64,000 nucleotides of DNA from Desulfurivibrionaceae bacterium. Its GTDB lineage: Bacteria; Desulfobacterota; Desulfobulbia; Desulfobulbales; Desulfurivibrionaceae. A model generated the notes under the pieces. The model did not search any database and was not told the origin of the DNA. It was given only the letters and a program-made list of their open reading frames with translations. The stretch spans positions 7,641 through 71,640 of the forward strand of contig JBAZCG010000003.1 in the NCBI GenBank assembly GCA_041671085.1, given 5' to 3'. This document shows positions 61,420-64,000 of this stretch, one piece after another. Each line of letters opens with the position of its first letter. Within the stretch, counting starts at the first letter, position 1. The translations under genes and the position numbers were made by a program.

Positions 61420-62589
61420 ATGAAACAGGTAATCACCACAGAGAAACAGCCGATCAAGCTCTGGCTTGACGATATTGAAGCCGGGGCCTTTGCCCAGGCC
61501 AGAAATCTTGCTAACCTCCCTTTTGTCTTCAAGCATGTAGCGGTGATGCCCGATGCCCACCAGGGGTATGGCATGCCCATCGGTGGGGTGATGGCCTCGG
61601 AAGAGGTGGTGATCCCCAATGCGGTTGGCGTTGACATCGGCTGCGGCATGTGCGCCGTCCGTACCTCCCTGACCACCATCTCCCCGGAAAAGTTGAAATC
61701 GGTGCTCAGTGAGATTAGAAGAACCGTTCCCCTTGGGTTCAAGCACCACCAGCATAGGCAACAGGCAAGCCTTATGCCGCAGACGGATGTTCCTTTGGCC
61801 GATTTGCCCATCGTTGCCAGTCAATATCAAAGCGCCCTTACCCAGCTTGGCACCTTGGGGGGAGGGAACCATTTTATCGAGATCCAGAAGGGCAATGACG
61901 GCCATGTCTGGCTGATGGTCCATTCCGGCAGCCGCAATATCGGCTTTAAAGTGGCCAATTATTACAACCGTCTGGCCATGGAGTTGAACAAGCGGTGGGG
62001 GTCAAAGATCCCCTCGAACTGGCAGCTGGCCTATTTGCCCCTTAACAGCGAGGCCGGCCAGACCTACCTCCATGAGATGCGCTACTGCGTTGACTTTGCC
62101 TATGCCAACCGGAAGATGATGATGGAACGGATCAAGGATGCTCTGTTGGCGGTGACGCCGCCGGTATTCTTCGAGCCCATGCTCAATATTGCCCACAATT
62201 ACGCGGCCATGGAAGTGCATTTCAAAAAGAATGTTATGGTTCATCGCAAAGGGGCAACCCGGGCCCAGGCCGGGGAGATTGGCATTATCCCCGGCTCCCA
62301 GGGAACACCCAGCTATATCGTGCGGGGCAAGGGCAACCGGGAGAGTTTTGAGTCATGCGCCCATGGCGCCGGCAGGAAGATGGGACGCAAGCAGGCCCAG
62401 CGGCAGCTGAACCTGGACCAGGAAAAGAAACGGCTGGACGACCAGGGGATCATCCATGCCATTCGTTCGGTGGGGGATCTGGAAGAGGCGGCCGGCGCCT
62501 ACAAGGATATTGACGAGGTGATCGACAACCAGCTGGATCTGGTGGAGGTCTTGGTCGAGCTACGCCCCCTGGCGGTGATCAAGGGGTGA
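61420..62589 (+). CDS. rtcB: RtcB-family RNA ligase
   Basis: MPDAH, VGVDIGCG, GTLGGGNHF, HSGSR, HN, HRKGA, HGAGR and AYK. Confidence 0.95.
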   Translation: MKQVITTEKQPIKLWLDDIEAGAFAQARNLANLPFVFKHVAVMPDAHQGYGMPIGGVMASEEVVIPNAVGVDIGCGMCAVRTSLTTISPEKLKSVLSEIRRTVPLGFKHHQHRQQASLMPQTDVPLADLPIVASQYQSALTQLGTLGGGNHFIEIQKGNDGHVWLMVHSGSRNIGFKVANYYNRLAMELNKRWGSKIPSNWQLAYLPLNSEAGQTYLHEMRYCVDFAYANRKMMMERIKDALLAVTPPVFFEPMLNIAHNYAAMEVHFKKNVMVHRKGATRAQAGEIGIIPGSQGTPSYIVRGKGNRESFESCAHGAGRKMGRKQAQRQLNLDQEKKRLDDQGIIHAIRSVGDLEEAAGAYKDIDEVIDNQLDLVEVLVELRPLAVIKG

Positions 62590-62622
62590 GCGCGTTTGGA
62601 GGGGGATAAGTATGATGCCTCC

Positions 62623-64000
62623 TTATGTCGGTCCAACCTCCTTCATAACGGCAGGTATGTAGATATGAAAGGTGGTTCCTTTACCCAGTTCCGACTCCAC
62701 CGTAACCGCTCCGCCGTGCTTTCTTATGATTGTATCGCACAGGGTAAGCCCTAGCCCCATGCCCTTCTGGGAGCCAAGTTGCTTGGTGGAAAAATAGGGG
62801 TCGAAGATGCGGGGCAGGTTCTCTCTGCTGATTCCACAGCCATGGTCCTGGATAGAAATCCTCACATAGTTCCCGGGGGGAAGGGTTGGGTGCTTTCCAT
62901 GATGTTCCGGCAAGGATTCATTGGCGGCAGTTATCTTGAGCTTGCCGCCTGATCCCGAGACCATGGCCTCCCGGGCATTCAGCACCATGTGTTTTATGAC
63001 GTTACGAAATTGGGAAGGATCAACAGCGATGGGCCAGAGGTTCTCGGCCAAGTCAAATTCGGCCATCAGCCCGGAACCTTCCAGGGCGAAAAGGGCCTCT
63101 TCCTTGAGATGACTTGCCGGCTGGATGTTTATCGGGAGCAAGTTGCCGCCGGGAGAGAAGGCAATAAGCTGGCCGGTAAGCTTGGTGGCTGATGCGTACA
63201 ATTGCCCTGCGTTTTCCAGAAACGGGAAGGCCTCGCTTGATTCCTCGGTATGCATTTTGGCAAGCTCCAGATTGCCGAGAAGCCCTTGGAGCAGATTATT
63301 GAAATCATGGGCGAGGCCGCCAGCCAGGATGCCAAGGGCCTCAAGATTTCTGTTTTTCACGACCTCGGCCTCCAGGCGTTTGTGCTCGGTGATGTCCCGG
63401 TTCGAGATCCGATGGCCCAAGTCGTGTCCTGCCCGGTCGTAGACGTGATAACAGATATGATTGATCCAGCGAACCTCGCCGTCGCGATGGAGAAGTCTAA
63501 ACTCGAGTTCGTTTGCGGATACCCTTAGGGTTTCCTGCATCTTTGGCCCGTAATGCACGCTCGCATGGTGGGCCTTCCATCTCGGCAAATCTTCGGGATG
63601 AATCAAGCGCTCCAGCAAGCCGGGGTCGGCCTTGAAGGCTTCTGGCGAATATCCCGTGACACGTTCGCAGGAGGGCGAACAATAGAGGCAGGAACCCTCT
63701 GAGTCCTCCCAGACTTCCCATCCGTAAGTGTAGTCCGCAACGGTGCGGAATTTTTCTTCGCTCTCTCGCAGTTCTCGCGTCCGTTCTTCCACCCGCTGCT
63801 CCAGCGATTCGTTGATCTGCCGGATTTCATTGAACTGCTTTGACAGAGAATCTCCCATCATTTTAAAATTGTAGATCAGATGACTGGCTTCTTTAATGCC
63901 GCTTTCAGGCCAGGTGATCTCTTTGGCATTTGTCACAAGTCTCATCGGAAGGTCATGGGTGATCAGCCGCAGCTTTTCGAGGGTGACAACAATTCGGCGG
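62623..64000 (-). CDS. PAS sensor histidine kinase (5' end lies beyond the window)
   Basis: The frame stays open to the window edge. PAS domain, LAGGLAHDFNN, DHGCG, PYFSTK and GMGLGL. Confidence 0.9.
   Translation of the reverse strand, partial: RRIVVTLEKLRLITHDLPMRLVTNAKEITWPESGIKEASHLIYNFKMMGDSLSKQFNEIRQINESLEQRVEERTRELRESEEKFRTVADYTYGWEVWEDSEGSCLYCSPSCERVTGYSPEAFKADPGLLERLIHPEDLPRWKAHHASVHYGPKMQETLRVSANELEFRLLHRDGEVRWINHICYHVYDRAGHDLGHRISNRDITEHKRLEAEVVKNRNLEALGILAGGLAHDFNNLLQGLLGNLELAKMHTEESSEAFPFLENAGQLYASATKLTGQLIAFSPGGNLLPINIQPASHLKEEALFALEGSGLMAEFDLAENLWPIAVDPSQFRNVIKHMVLNAREAMVSGSGGKLKITAANESLPEHHGKHPTLPPGNYVRISIQDHGCGISRENLPRIFDPYFSTKQLGSQKGMGLGLTLCDTIIRKHGGAVTVESELGKGTTFHIYIPAVMKEVGPT

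Overview
GC-rich bacterial chromosomal window. The gene content and protein sequences look like a deltaproteobacterial sulfur-cycling organism (Desulfobacterota, Desulfobulbales-like); this is inference, not a database result. Housekeeping genes include rho-rpmE-prfA-prmC-murA, ispH-ftsY, glgB, speB, rlmH, rsfS-gpmI-thrC, punA-mtaD, tatA x2, a cyclophilin, leuB and rtcB. They are interleaved with many signalling genes: an FHA-adenylate cyclase, an HD-GYP protein, a CheA, an NtrC-type activator, ZraS/ZraP-like genes, a GGDEF protein, cNMP-binding proteins and several kinases. Most notable observations: (1) an effector-less cGAS/DncV-like nucleotidyltransferase lying between a PHP phosphoesterase and a REC / MshEN-like-CheA / sigma54-activator block; (2) a SelW-type selenoprotein (CxxU plus a SECIS-like hairpin) missed by the ORF track and heading an apparent operon with the cyclase and HD-GYP genes; (3) a Cys-rich ribbon-helix-helix regulator heading a Zn/Mn ABC operon, with a perfect palindrome inside its promoter; (4) three intergenic inverted-repeat elements of one family, two of which share a covarying helix; (5) a collapsed type I R-M/Fic relic; (6) several frameshifts (thrC, hsdM, a WD40-SEL1 gene) that may be real or assembly errors. 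No rRNA, tRNA, CRISPR array or intact transposase was recognised.
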